DNA of 64,000 bases from Octopus bimaculoides (Eukaryota): assembly GCF_001194135.2 (NCBI RefSeq), contig NC_068982.1:166820706-166884705 (forward strand). The letters are read 5' to 3'. A program made the translations under genes and the position numbers. Below, piece after piece: positions 52,382 through 64,000 of this stretch (its first letter is position 1; every line of letters starts with the position of its first letter). The notes under the pieces are model-generated. The model saw only the letters and a list, made by a program, of their open reading frames with translations. It ran no database searches and had not been told where the DNA came from.

Positions 52382-54348
52382 CGCACGCACACACACACAC
52401 ACACACACATATATNNNNNNNNNNNNNNNNNNNNNNNNNNNNNNNNNNNNNNNNNNNNNNNNNNNNNNNNNNNNNNNNNNNNNNNNNNNNNNNNNNNNNN
52501 NNNNNNNNNNNNNNNNNNNNNNNNNNNNNNNNNNNNNNNNNNNNNNNNNNNNNNNNNNNNNNNNNNNNNNNNNNNNNNNNNNNNNNNNNNNNNNNNNNNN
52601 NNNNNNNNNNNNNNNNNNNNNNNNNNNNNNNNNNNNNNNNNNNNNNNNNNNNNNNNNNNNNNNNNNNNNNNNNNNNNNNNNNNNNNNNNNNNNNNNNNNN
52701 NNNNNNNNNNNNNNNNNNNNNNNNNNNNNNNNNNNNNNNNNNNNNNNNNNNNNNNNNNNNNNNNNNNNNNNNNNNNNNNNNNNNNNNNNNNNNNNNNNNN
52801 NNNNNNNNNNNNNNNNNNNNNNNNNNNNNNNNNNNNNNNNNNNNNNNNNNNNNNNNNNNNNNNNNNNNNNNNNNNNNNNNNNNNNNNNNNNNNNNNNNNN
52901 NNNNNNNNNNNNNNNNNNNNNNNNNNNNNNNNNNNNNNNNNNNNNNNNNNNNNNNNNNNNNNNNNNNNNNNNNNNNNNNNNNNNNNNNNNNNNNNNNNNN
53001 NNNNNNNNNNNNNNNNNNNNNNNNNNNNNNNNNNNNNNNNNNNNNNNNNNNNACACACATAGAAGCCTAAGAATACCAATAATGTACTAAGGCTGTTTAA
53101 AACGACTAATAAATTTGCGGCGTTGTATCAAATCGTTTTCTCCTTTTTTTCTTTTTTCTACTTCTTTCCCTTATTTACCTTTTCTTTTTTCATCACACCA
53201 CCATCATTATCATCGTCGTCGTCGTCGTCGCCGCCATCTTCGTCATCATTATTATCACCATTATCTCCTTGTTCTGTTTTCTGTCGTTGTATTTTGACTC
53301 AGTTAAATGCTGGAGTTAAACTGTTTTGCAGTGTTTAAGTCAAGCCCTTTCATGTTCTGAGTTCAAATTTCGCCTTTTGCCCTTTCGATGTCGAAAAGAT
53401 TAAGTAGCTGTCGAGTATTGGAATCTCTTCACGTGCCTACATTAAGCTCGAAAATCTCTGTGAACCAACCTCACCAGAATTTAGAGTATTATAAGTATCT
53501 TAGAAATCATGACTACTTTTTACTAACTCCTGTGATTCACTGGTTTATCGAGATAATAAGACAAGTATGGTTCTTCTAAATAGATCTCCAGCGAGTCAGA
53601 GGTAAGATTTGCCGCGCTACGAAATGAACTTAAAACTGTAGTTTAAGAACACAATTGTCAGATTTACACAGTGCTACTGCTGCTTATGATGGTGAGCTGG
53701 TGCAACGTTATGTTACCTACTTACAGTTAAGTCATCTGTACCATTTGAAGTCAAGCATGTTAGGCATGGCTACATTCAAGCACTGCTGGCAAAATACGGA
53801 CGGCGAAACCTTTAACTAGTTCTCTGATACCCTGCTGACGCAATCAATTCATGTTTCAGCGCATGTACATGCAAACTAATTGATCTTCCTCCGTTCCAGT
53901 GCATTAAATAAATCACACAAATTCTCATTGCAACCTTAAGGTAACGATGATGTAATTATACCAAATTAATTGCTGTTACTATCCACTTACTCAAAGACAA
54001 TGAACTAGCAAAACTGTTAGCACGCCGGGGCAAAACGCTAAGCGGTATTTTGTCTGTCTTTGCGTGCCGTCTATCTTTCATCCTTTCGGGGTCGATAAAA
54101 TAAGCACCAGTTAAGCCCTGGGGTTAGTGTAATCGATTAGCCTTCTCCATAAAATTTCAGGCCTTGTACCTAAACCAGAAATAATTATTCACTTACTGAA
54201 GGCGGTGAGCTGGTAGAAACGTCAGCACACCGGGTAAAATGCTTAGCAGCATTTCGTCTGTCTTTTTGTTCTGAGTTCAAATTCCGCCGAGGTCGACCTT
54301 GCCTTTCATCCTTTCGGGGTCGATAAAATAAGTACCAGTCAAGCACTG

Positions 54349-54935
54349 GGATCTATTTTAAAACGGGGGCCACATTTTTCATTAATGTTTTACGTAGTGT
54401 TTTTGGTACCGAAAGACTTTCAAACTTCGTATACTTATCTATTTTGTGTTATAGAACAGAAAAATATTTTTGTATTCGAATTTATTTCATGTAAAAAATT
54501 GTCTTATTTCGATAATTTCAACCAATCACTGACAAGTATTCAGTTGTTTATATTTACTCCTTTGGCTGATTAAGCGATGTAAAGCGTATTTAATCTCCAT
54601 ACCTTCGTTTTATTTGCTTTTTTCATTTTAAATTTGCTTTAACCCTAACCCTAACCCTAGGGTTAGGGTTAGGGTTAGGGTTAGGGTTAGGGTTAATTGC
54701 TTCAGAATCGTTTGTTTATGTAGTCGGCACTTAATGTATATCGGCTGAATGGACGTCAGTGATTGGTTGAAATTACAGAAATACGACAACTTTAACATGG
54801 AATAACTTATGGATTTCTTTTTTTTTTAAAGAAGACTAAGAGAAAAAGATGTTTTATATGACACATTCTACCAGTGTTCCAAGTTTCAAAGTGTTTCGTT
54901 AATGAAAAATGTGGCCCCCGTTTTAAAAAAGATCC
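54349..54935. mobile_element. MITE with GG...CC termini, 8-bp TSD and telomere-repeat core (Merlin-like; copy 2), inserted in a SINE C
   Basis: 37-bp TIR GGATCTATTTTAAAACGGGGGCCACATTTTTCATTAA (1 mismatch); TSD AAGCACTG at 54341-54348 and 54936-54943; the interrupted SINE resumes after the TSD. Confidence 0.95.
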
Positions 54936-55025
54936 AAGCACTGGGGGATCGATATACGCAAAGTTGCTTACCTTGTGCCAAAATTTGAAACCATTTTTAT
55001 TCATTTCTTTTTAGTACATATTTTC

Positions 55026-55123
55026 ATTGCACCACCGTGCGCAGCTTTGTGCCTTGGGAATGTGCAGTGTTTTGATTGCACCACCGTGTGCAGCTTTGTG
55101 CCTTGGGAATGTGCAGTGTTTTG
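55026..55123 (+). repeat. 49-bp tandem duplication
   Basis: ATTGCACCACCGTG(C/T)GCAGCTTTGTGCCTTGGGAATGTGCAGTGTTTTG x2, one mismatch. Confidence 0.97.
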
Positions 55124-57392
55124 ATTTAGGTTTGTTATTTTTACTGAACTAAAAATACCCTACATAATACGTGAGTGGTATATTTGTTGTATATTTGTAA
55201 GTCCTGGGGTTTGTTTATGTATTTGTCTGGTTTTTTTGTTTCGTTTTGTTTTTTAACCATTCCAAAAGTACTTACTGTTATCAGGATTGTTTCTGTTTTC
55301 AGGCTCTACATTCAGGTTGTTTCTAGATCTTTATACTTTGATAATTTCTTTATTTCTTTTAAAGATACATTATCATCTGCTAGGACTTATATATCGATTA
55401 GGATTGCAAGCAGAATCTTCAGCGTATCGGACACTGCTTAGCGGCATTTTTGTGTGGGGGGGCTTTTTTCCTTGTTTCGAGTTCAAATCACTCCGAGGCC
55501 AACTTTACTTATCATCCTTTCGGAGTTAATAAAATAAAGTTCCAATCGAGTACTGGGGTCAATGAAAACGACTATAACCCTCACCCTAAAATTGCTGGTC
55601 TTGAGCCAAAATTTGAGATTGTCTTTTATTTATTAAATACCAGTCAAATACTTGGGTCGATGAAACCTCCCCCACACAAATTTCTAGATTATTAGGAACA
55701 GTTATTCAGGGCTGTAGATTGTCAGTATCGTTTGAACGCCGGAAAGAATGCTTTGCAGTAGGGGTTTTTTTCCGTTTCTTTACGTGCTGAGTTCAAATTA
55801 TGCCGAGGTTAATTTTGCCTTTCCCCTTTTCGTGTTTGATCAAAGTACCAGTCAAGTATTGAGGCCTTCTTTCCATCTAATTTTCAGATCTTGTGTAAAT
55901 ATTAAAAATAATTATTATTATTAAATCTAAGCGGGTGAACTGGCAAGATCGTTAGCGCCCATGACAAAATGCTAAGCGGTATTTCGCCCGTCGCTACGTT
56001 CTGAGTTCAAATTCCGCCTTGGTTGACTTTGCCTTTCATCCCTTTCGTAGTCGATGAAATAAGTACCAGTCGAATAATGGGGTCGATGTAACCGTCTAGT
56101 CCCCCACTCCCCAAATTTAAAGCCTTGTGTTTATAGCAGAAAGGATTATACTTTTTATCATTCATTTAAGGCAGCGAACTGGTAGAATCATTAGCACGCC
56201 GGACAAAATGCTTAGCGGCATTTCGCTCGTCGTTAGAAGAACATAGGCCACCAAAACCCAAAAAGTTATAAACAGACATCCATCCGACAAGATTATGACG
56301 AATCTGATGACATCCATTTCTTATGTTTCTCATCGTACAGAATGTGAGGTTTTCAAAGAAATGTACACCCCTTTACGTTCAACATGTCTCACATTCAAAC
56401 TTTAATCGATATTTTATACTAGTGACATTAATCTGTGCTTGGTGGTATTTCTATCGAACGTAGGTGAAAATGTTAACAGCAATCATTTGTTGTTGATCAT
56501 CGACAAACAGAGAATGTATCAGACCATACAGACCAATAGTCTTTTTGCAGTAATCGGTAGCTATTACAACCTGATTAAAGATGGTCAACTCAATGAAGAT
56601 GTCCACAGCATGGCGAACAGCAGTTAGTGTATATCCAACACCAGCTGCTATAACTCGAAAAGTCTGTTCCAACTTATAGCAGTTGACCATTTGTCAATTG
56701 CATCTTTAATAAACTTTGAAATTTACTCATCACAGCAGGTCTTAGTGTTATATAATCAAACAGTTATCAAAGGTTTACCTTCCCTCCGTTATATCAAGCG
56801 TCATTAGAGATTGAGGAATGTGTCGGAGTGTGTTGCATCTCAGAATCTGTTCTAGGCCTTCGCTTTCGGATGGCAACACCTGCGATGACATTGGTGCCAA
56901 GCTATATCGGCTTTACCTTTTCCTTGAAGTTCAATGCAAGCATGGAGAGGAGAGATTTGCATCCATGGTCAATTATTAGTCTTCCACATGAAAGCTTTGC
57001 TCAAGTGTACGATTTGAAGAGAAACCCTCCAATTACAGATACCCAGCCGTGTATAACAGATGATATATATATATAATATATATATATCATATTATTTGTT
57101 AGACGCACGCACACATGCATGTGTGTATGTGTGTGTTTGTGTGTGTGTGAGTGTGTAACAATACAAATCATAAACAGTATCATTCAGTCTGCTATAATGA
57201 ATCCATAAACACGTATAAAATATCCAAGGGTAATTTCTTCCCCTCTGAAGATACTATGCTCAGGTCATATAAATTTAATATTTACTTAATATTTGCTGAG
57301 TATTAATTGAAACAGCTGTAAGGGATGATGATTAATTTGCTGTTAATAATAAACAATTATCAACTTCCCACTCTCCATTTTCTTTTTCCCTT

Positions 57393-57437
<45 letters not shown>

Positions 57438-58119
57438 CGAAGTGTACAGTATCATATATCCATTACGGCTGATCTTACCAATCGATTTTGCACCAGGGGT
57501 CCAACGGAGTATTAGGTAACAGTTTAATTATGTAACTCCACACTCATCAGAGGTAGCTATTGTGGAATGAAATACTCCTAGGTATGACTTCACACTGCAT
57601 CCAGTAGTGCGGCCCTGGTTCGAACATTCTAGGGTTTTGAGGAGTGTGGGGCAAGCGCTTAGCCATTATTGTTCCCAGGTTTATTCTGACCCTGAGTAGT
57701 AATACCTGTCAGGATCCTAGCAATGGGATAATTTGCAAGTCAGTCGAGCAGATCGAGCTCGTTAGCCTGGCGGGTGGCAACTTATTTAGAGGAAGGAAAA
57801 CGATGCTGGTGCCATGCTATTACTTTGGATTTATCAGTGATGCGGAGAGACGAGATACGCTGCTTGGACACCAACGTGTCCTCCATACAGTACTGCCCAG
57901 GTTTGGGTCCTATCGAACGCCCTACACGGGAGTGAATGATGAATGCAGCGGAAGAAAAGCGGATCCACAGAAAAGAACACTATAGTTCAAACCGCACCTG
58001 GACCGCCCACAAGTACGGCTTGTGGAGAGGAGACGCCCGTTCATGTCTCAGACTCTTCAGGCACTGACAACGCTAATCATCTGTGGTGATTAATGACAGC
58101 CGGATGTCTCTCGCTCCCC

Positions 58120-58190
<71 letters not shown>

Positions 58191-59226
58191 ATATTTTAGA
58201 GTAACCCAATACTATCACTGACTGTATAAATAAAGCCACGAATATGAAAGGTACCTAAGTTAAGGATATTTTAGAAAATGTTATTTTGATGATTATGCTA
58301 AATTTAAAGGACATGTCATTTTATACGTGTGTATGTATTTATGTATGTATGTATGTATGTATAAAATTGTAAGAATGAATATCTATGTATCTATTGATCT
58401 GTGAGTGTGTGTGCGCGCGCGTGCGTGTGTGTGTGTTTGTGATTGTGAATGTGTACGAAATTTTAACAATATAATATAAATTACGAATACGTGTTTCTAC
58501 CATGTATCTACACGTGGAATAGAGTATATATTTGTTTACATTTGCTTGTTTACATGTGTCACTCAATGTGACAATATGTATGTATGTATGTATGTATGTA
58601 CGTTCTGAGTTCAAATTCCGCCGAGATTGACTTTGCCTTTCACTCTTTCGGGATCGATAAAGTACCAGTTACGTACTGGGGTCGATCTAAGCGACTGGTC
58701 ACCTCCTCCCAAATGCATGTATATATGTATGTTATAAATGTGTGTGTTTATATATGTACATATATATACATAAGTGTGTGGGTGTGTGCGTGTGGGTGCG
58801 TGCGTGTGTGTGTGTGTGTGTATGTGTGCGTGTGTGTGTGTGTATTGACTTATGACCTGACTGTTATAGTAAAACTATGCTCGTGTCAACTACCCATGTT
58901 GTGTTGCCCACAGAACTCGGGAAACCGGCTTTTTAGTCTTATGGTTCAGGAAGAACGTTTGACGCTACATTCTGTACACACACGTATGTGTGTGTATGCG
59001 CGCGCGAGTGTGTGTGTCTGTGTGCGTGTGTGTGCTTGTGTGTCTGTGTCTGTGTGCGTGTGCGTGCTTGTGTGTCTGCGTGTTATACATAGATAGAGAG
59101 AGAGAGAAAGGGAGGTGAAAGGAATGTATACACTGACAAAGAACAGATTAGCACAGACGGGGTTGACATACATATGTAAATATACATATATAGTATATAT
59201 TCACATGTATACAAACACATACCCGT

Positions 59227-59270
<44 letters not shown>

Positions 59271-60165
59271 AAGGGAACACTGTGACAGAACTAAGAAAGA
59301 CAGAAATCTCACAGAAAACTAAATTGCTGTCATCTGAGAATGCAAAAAACATGTTGTTTCAAGGCAACGCCCTTGGATTTTGTCGTTGTATTCGTTGTTG
59401 CTGTTGCTGCTGTTGCCCTTCGCTTATTTTTTTGCTTTGTAACTTCTTGTTAATGCTGTTGCAGCAAATGCACTTGCATACTGTTTGTTATTGTTGTTAT
59501 TGTTGTCGCTTTCGTTGTTGTCGTCCATATTGTCCTATGCCACTTACGTATTCTTTTATTGCTGCTAATGTTACTTCTACTACTGTTACTGCTGGTACTT
59601 CCGTTGATGGTGATGATGATGGGTGTTCCGATATCATTATTATTTGTTGCTAATGTGGCGAGCTAGCAGAATCGTTAGCGAGTCGGATAAAATGCTTTGC
59701 GGCATCTCATCCGGCTCTTTTACGCTCTGTGCTCAAATCCCGTCGAACTCAACTTTGCCTTCCATCCTTTCAGGGTCGATAAAATAAAGTACCAGCCAAC
59801 TACCGAGGTGAATTTAATTGACTTACATTTCCCTCTAAAAGTGCTGGCCGTGTACCAAATTTTAAAACCAGTATTTGTCGTTTTTAAAAGCTGACAGAAT
59901 CGTTATTGCGGTAGAAAAATTGCTTAGCAGTATTTTCTCCCGACTTTACGTTCTGAGTTCAAATGCTTCCATAGAGGACTTTCCCTTTCATCTTTCCTGG
60001 TTAGCAGAATTGGTTTCGTACCGGGCAAAATGTCTTGACAGAGAGTTAGCAACGCTCTTTTGTGTTCTGAGTTCAATTTAGGTTGTCGTCGACATTGTTT
60101 CCCACCCTTGTAGAATCAATGAAATATGTACCACTCAGGTACATATTTTATTATTGTTATTGCAG

Positions 60166-60213
<48 letters not shown>

Positions 60214-60540
60214 AAACCACTACTACTGTTTGCGGCCTACGACAAATAACATTTAAATTACAGCCTACCGTCTTCATAAAGAGAGGACACAGAGATAAAG
60301 TAGTCTTCGATACATGTAAAAATACGGGATTATCGTGGAGTTCGGAAGTATCCGTTCTTTATTTTTCAGACGTATTGTACCTAGGAATACATTGTTCAAT
60401 GTCAATATATTCTTACGAAGAATATTGCTATTAGGGAAGATTACAAGTTTCCAACCAGCCAATCACTAATTCAATGCATTTCTGGCTAAGTGAGTGGCAA
60501 AGGAATATATAAAGGACTTTGAAATGCAATATTTTTATAA

Positions 60541-60595
<55 letters not shown>

Positions 60596-61399
60596 CATGT
60601 CTATATATATATAGAGAGAGAGGCGGTAGAGTCCCATATATGTAATATTGGTTTCAAATTTTGGCGCAAGGCTAGCAATTTGGGGAGGAATAAGTCATTT
60701 CCATCAACCCGAGCGCTCAACTGATATTTATTTTATCGACACCGAAAGGATGAAAGGTAAAGTTGGTTCTGAATTTGAATTCAGAACGTTAAGACGTACG
60801 AAATGCCGTCGCCTTTATCACATGTGTGATATTGAGATGAAAAACTTCGATAGCTGAGTTTATCCTTGCATTAGAACTCAAAATCTCCCGTTAGAGGTGT
60901 TTAAAATTCAGAAACAACAAGCAGGAACGATAACTCTAATAATATCAGCTAATCCAAATTTAGAAGAAATAGAAGCAATGTAGTTAGGAGTGGATTTTAT
61001 CTTTAAAGCCAACTGATAAAATTAAGAGACGCGTTTCGATCAGCGGATAACATTAAACTCAACTGGATAAAATTAGAAGAGATTAGTGTATATAGAAATT
61101 GTAGGAAAGAAGTCCTTTGACTAAATTATTAATAAAATCGAATAAAAAGATATTTTTTTTAAGTAACCTTTTCTTTTACTGTCGTTAGGGTGGATAATGA
61201 AGGGACGTTATCGGGCAAGCTAGGAAACATGTATTGGTTTACAGGAAATAAGATGAATATGAAGTGTGATGGCGTACACAGTATACAAGTGCGCGGTAAA
61301 GTTCCCAACGAGGAGAATCTACATATACAGCCAATCAAAGAATTTCACCAGATTAACCTAACTACTAAGGATAAGTGTCTTTAGAGCTGTCATTCCCTA

Positions 61400-62050
61400 C
61401 CTTCAGGCACATGTTGATAATAAACCCATTCACTTGTACCATGCTCGCTGCTCATATCAAGTCAGGTGTCAAGTGTTCAATCTTGATCTTCACTTAACTT
61501 AGTGCTAGAGCTCTATCAATGAGACAAACTGTAGAAAACTTACTTGACAAAAAGCAACCACACCTGTTCATAATCCAGGTATCTCTACATATGTCGCAAC
61601 CTCAGGGATATCTGTCCATCATTAGCCACGGCATACTGAACACTCAGAGATTTTGGGCACACATGAACTGCCTGATCAATAGAAAAGTCCTCAAGAAGCG
61701 AAAGAACACATGCTCTCTAATCTGGTCAGAAGAAAACTCAGTTAAAGAAAGACGTTCTGTCGATCGAGCGCCCAACTTAACTAGCCGGTGATATTTATTT
61801 GCCTCTACAGATTCCGAGCAGCAGGCACACCACCTTCCCATTAAAATTTTTACTTATTTCACTGCATCGTATTCTTTTACAATGTCATGGTGTCAGACAC
61901 CAAGGACATGAAAATGTTGACAATTTCCACCACCGTGGAATCCGACATCACAGTGACGTCATCTGCATACTTATTTTTGTCTATATTTTTCACTACGACA
62001 AATTACCTTGGGAAGATTCTTTGCTTCAACTTCATCGTACGATGAGATTT
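61400..62050 (-). mobile_element. Decayed L1/Tx1-clade LINE RT and thumb fragment
   Basis: Minus-strand frames give YADDVTVM, KEYDAV, VFFRFLR, MPWLMM and LRLRHM*RYLDYEQVW. Confidence 0.8.
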
Positions 62051-64000
62051 CGGAATCGAAAAGGTCTTGGACCTGTGTGAACGTTTGTGTTTTGCAAGAT
62101 GGCACAGTTGAACGACTTCTTTTTATTATGATGGCAGATTTTACTGTTTTTGTTTGGTGTCTGTCGTTAGGAGTGTTGTTGCTGTTGAGTTTGCTATTGC
62201 TATATTAGTTACTGCTCTACTGCTGCTGCTGTTGTTTGCATTGTTGCATACCTTCCTTCTTTAGCCATCTGCTTTGGGTAGGAAGCCCTTTGGTGGCTGA
62301 GGGTACTATACATATGGCACCTGAACCTTCTCCCTTCTACTCCCTCAAACCTCTAATGTTTGGAAGCTTAATCAGATGTGAGATACTCTCAAAATTGTCC
62401 TGCTTCATTTAGATTAAAACCTCAATTCCTATCATCGACCAGTTTCCTTGATGTTTTTTTTATAAATCCAAGAATCTCGTGCCCACTTCTCGCTATAAGT
62501 AGAAGACTACTGCTTCTAGATACCAGATGCCACCTTCCTTTTCTCCACTCACCACCTCATACAGGGACCGATGTGTGGAGAAGCTGAAATCCTCGATCTT
62601 CACTGGAATAGAAGAGTCTTCAAGAAGAATTTGGTCTGGACTGTCCCATATCTTTAACCCTCTCCTTTGAATGGGAGTGACGAAAGTCAATCTGCTTCAA
62701 AATGACCAAAGGCATTTGTTTAGCTGAGGCTGTATGGCCCTTCTACATGTCGGTTCCTCGTCCATGTGCACGTGTAAGACATTGTGCACCACACAACCTC
62801 TGTCATTACATCAAGAGACAAGACGTAGACGGTCTTCCTGCCTTGTTTCTGGATTAATATTTTAGCCTTCAAGTTGTTTACATTTCATGTAAACATTTCA
62901 CTAAAACCACATTTCATGTGGTTTTAGTGATTTTTAGGGAGAGTCACCTTTACTGCTATTTTACTGCAACTGGTAGTAGTGTTGGTGGGTGGGGTTACGT
63001 GGTGTTAAGGGCTGTAGTGAATGTGATGATAGTAATGACGATGATGGTGGTCGTCGTCTCTCTCGTTGTGCTGCTGGTCGACAGGTTGGTGTTGGTGCGA
63101 AAAGCAACTTCGCTAGTCGTGGTTGTAACTGTGGTATCATCTGCTATTGTCTCTGCAACCCTCCTTGACATTGGTAATGGTGGCGGTTGTGTTATTGTTG
63201 CTCTTCGGCATATTGATGTTATTAATAATTTTCTGCTCAACCTTGTTGCTGGTGTTATTATTGCACAGCGGGTTATTATTATTGTTACTGTAGCGAAGGT
63301 AGTTTTTGTGTTGTTGACTAGGAAGAGGAGAAATTTTTGCTGGAGGAAGTAACTGCTTGTGTCACTTCCCACTTATCCCTCGTTTTGGCTGATTACCAAA
63401 AATGACGTCATTTTGGATTAACTCTGCATGAGCTAAAACTTACGTCCCTCTTGTCCGTGTCCTCCGTCAGGAGTACTCTTCGGCCACAGAATTGAGAATT
63501 CTTCACTTCTGCTACGAGTTGCTAAGATGTCGGTGAACAAGTCTTCAAAGTTTATGGGGCAATCCATCTAAACAAAGTGATTTGTCCCGAAAAGTGAGAA
63601 ACAGCTACTCAATGAGGACCATGAACATTCCCAAGCTATCAGCCATCACTTCTTTTTCTGGACTCTTCTATGCACAAAACCGAAAGGTCTATCCTCTTAT
63701 CTAAACAATATTTTCTACTCTCATCCACTGCTTATAAAATTTCTTGGAGAACTTCTCCGCCATCGAGTTCTTCAGCATCAATTTATACTTGCTGAAGTTA
63801 ATTAAAGCTTATTTATCGAAGAAAGAAAGCCTTATCTTCGTTACTTTTAATCTCGTTCAGGTTAACTACCAGGTCTGTGAAAACTATTTGCACTTCTTTG
63901 GCAGAGAAACATGGCAAAGTTATTTTCCCAATGGTCTCGGACAACAGACATATACATCCTACACTGAATAATAGCCATTCGACATTATCCCACATGTCAG

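Larger units (their letters stand above)
53330..60810 (+). mobile_element. Cluster of about 12 SINE family C copies or fragments, mostly head-to-tail on +
   Basis: Copies at about 53340, 54002, 54200, 55430, 55740, 55930, 56168, 58600, 59654, 59890, 59995 (+) and 60648 (-), each with GAGTTCAAAT and/or TTTCATCCTTTCGGGGTCGATAAAAT. Confidence 0.88.

Noticed and set aside
53584-53601. 18-nt phase-1 micro-exon candidate (TAG|...GAG|GTAAGA)
   Set aside because: Would add NLQRVR, which does not fit the SRCR continuation; weak acceptor; unsupported without RNA data.
54640-54695. Ancestral telomere-telomere fusion site
   Set aside because: Orientation is the reverse of a fusion scar and the tract lies inside a TSD-bounded MITE.
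56818-56990. SDGNTCDDI and EVQCKHGEE as EGF-like or second SRCR exon
   Set aside because: Required cysteines are missing and no acceptor is compatible with the phase-1 donor at 50090.
61811-62080. Acceptor-like TCTACAG followed by a plus-strand ORF
   Set aside because: Antisense to the Tx1 RT remnant (YADD on the minus strand); stop codon in the phase-compatible frame.
62918-63372. Thr-rich (-) and Val-rich (+) ORFs
   Set aside because: Decayed GGT/GTT trinucleotide tract; no domain recognised.

Overview
Repeat-dense, AT-rich eukaryotic (animal) DNA with 17 N-gaps (about 5.8 kb), most bordered by microsatellites. The SINE repertoire and simple-repeat load resemble an octopus genome; this is inference from recognised repeat types, not a database hit. 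Only one host protein-coding segment is well supported: a probable first coding exon (49799-50090, +) encoding a signal peptide plus the N-terminal two-thirds of a group A SRCR domain, ending at a GTAAGT donor. No downstream exon was found. The rest is transposon-derived or simple repeat. It includes decayed RTE, L1/Tx1 and R4/Dong-type LINE fragments, a Helitron retaining the C-terminus of its PIF1 helicase, about 30 tRNA-derived SINE copies or fragments, hAT, pogo and mariner MITEs, and three large fold-back inversions. Nearly all ORFs in the supplied track are microsatellite or gap artefacts. The most unusual signals are: (1) a GG...CC, 8-bp-TSD MITE family whose two copies share conserved arms but carry unrelated cores that both contain TTAGGG telomere repeats; (2) SINEs showing all four head/body x tail combinations; (3) a tandem RFX X-box cluster followed by a splice donor; (4) several long fold-backs that would form dsRNA if transcribed.
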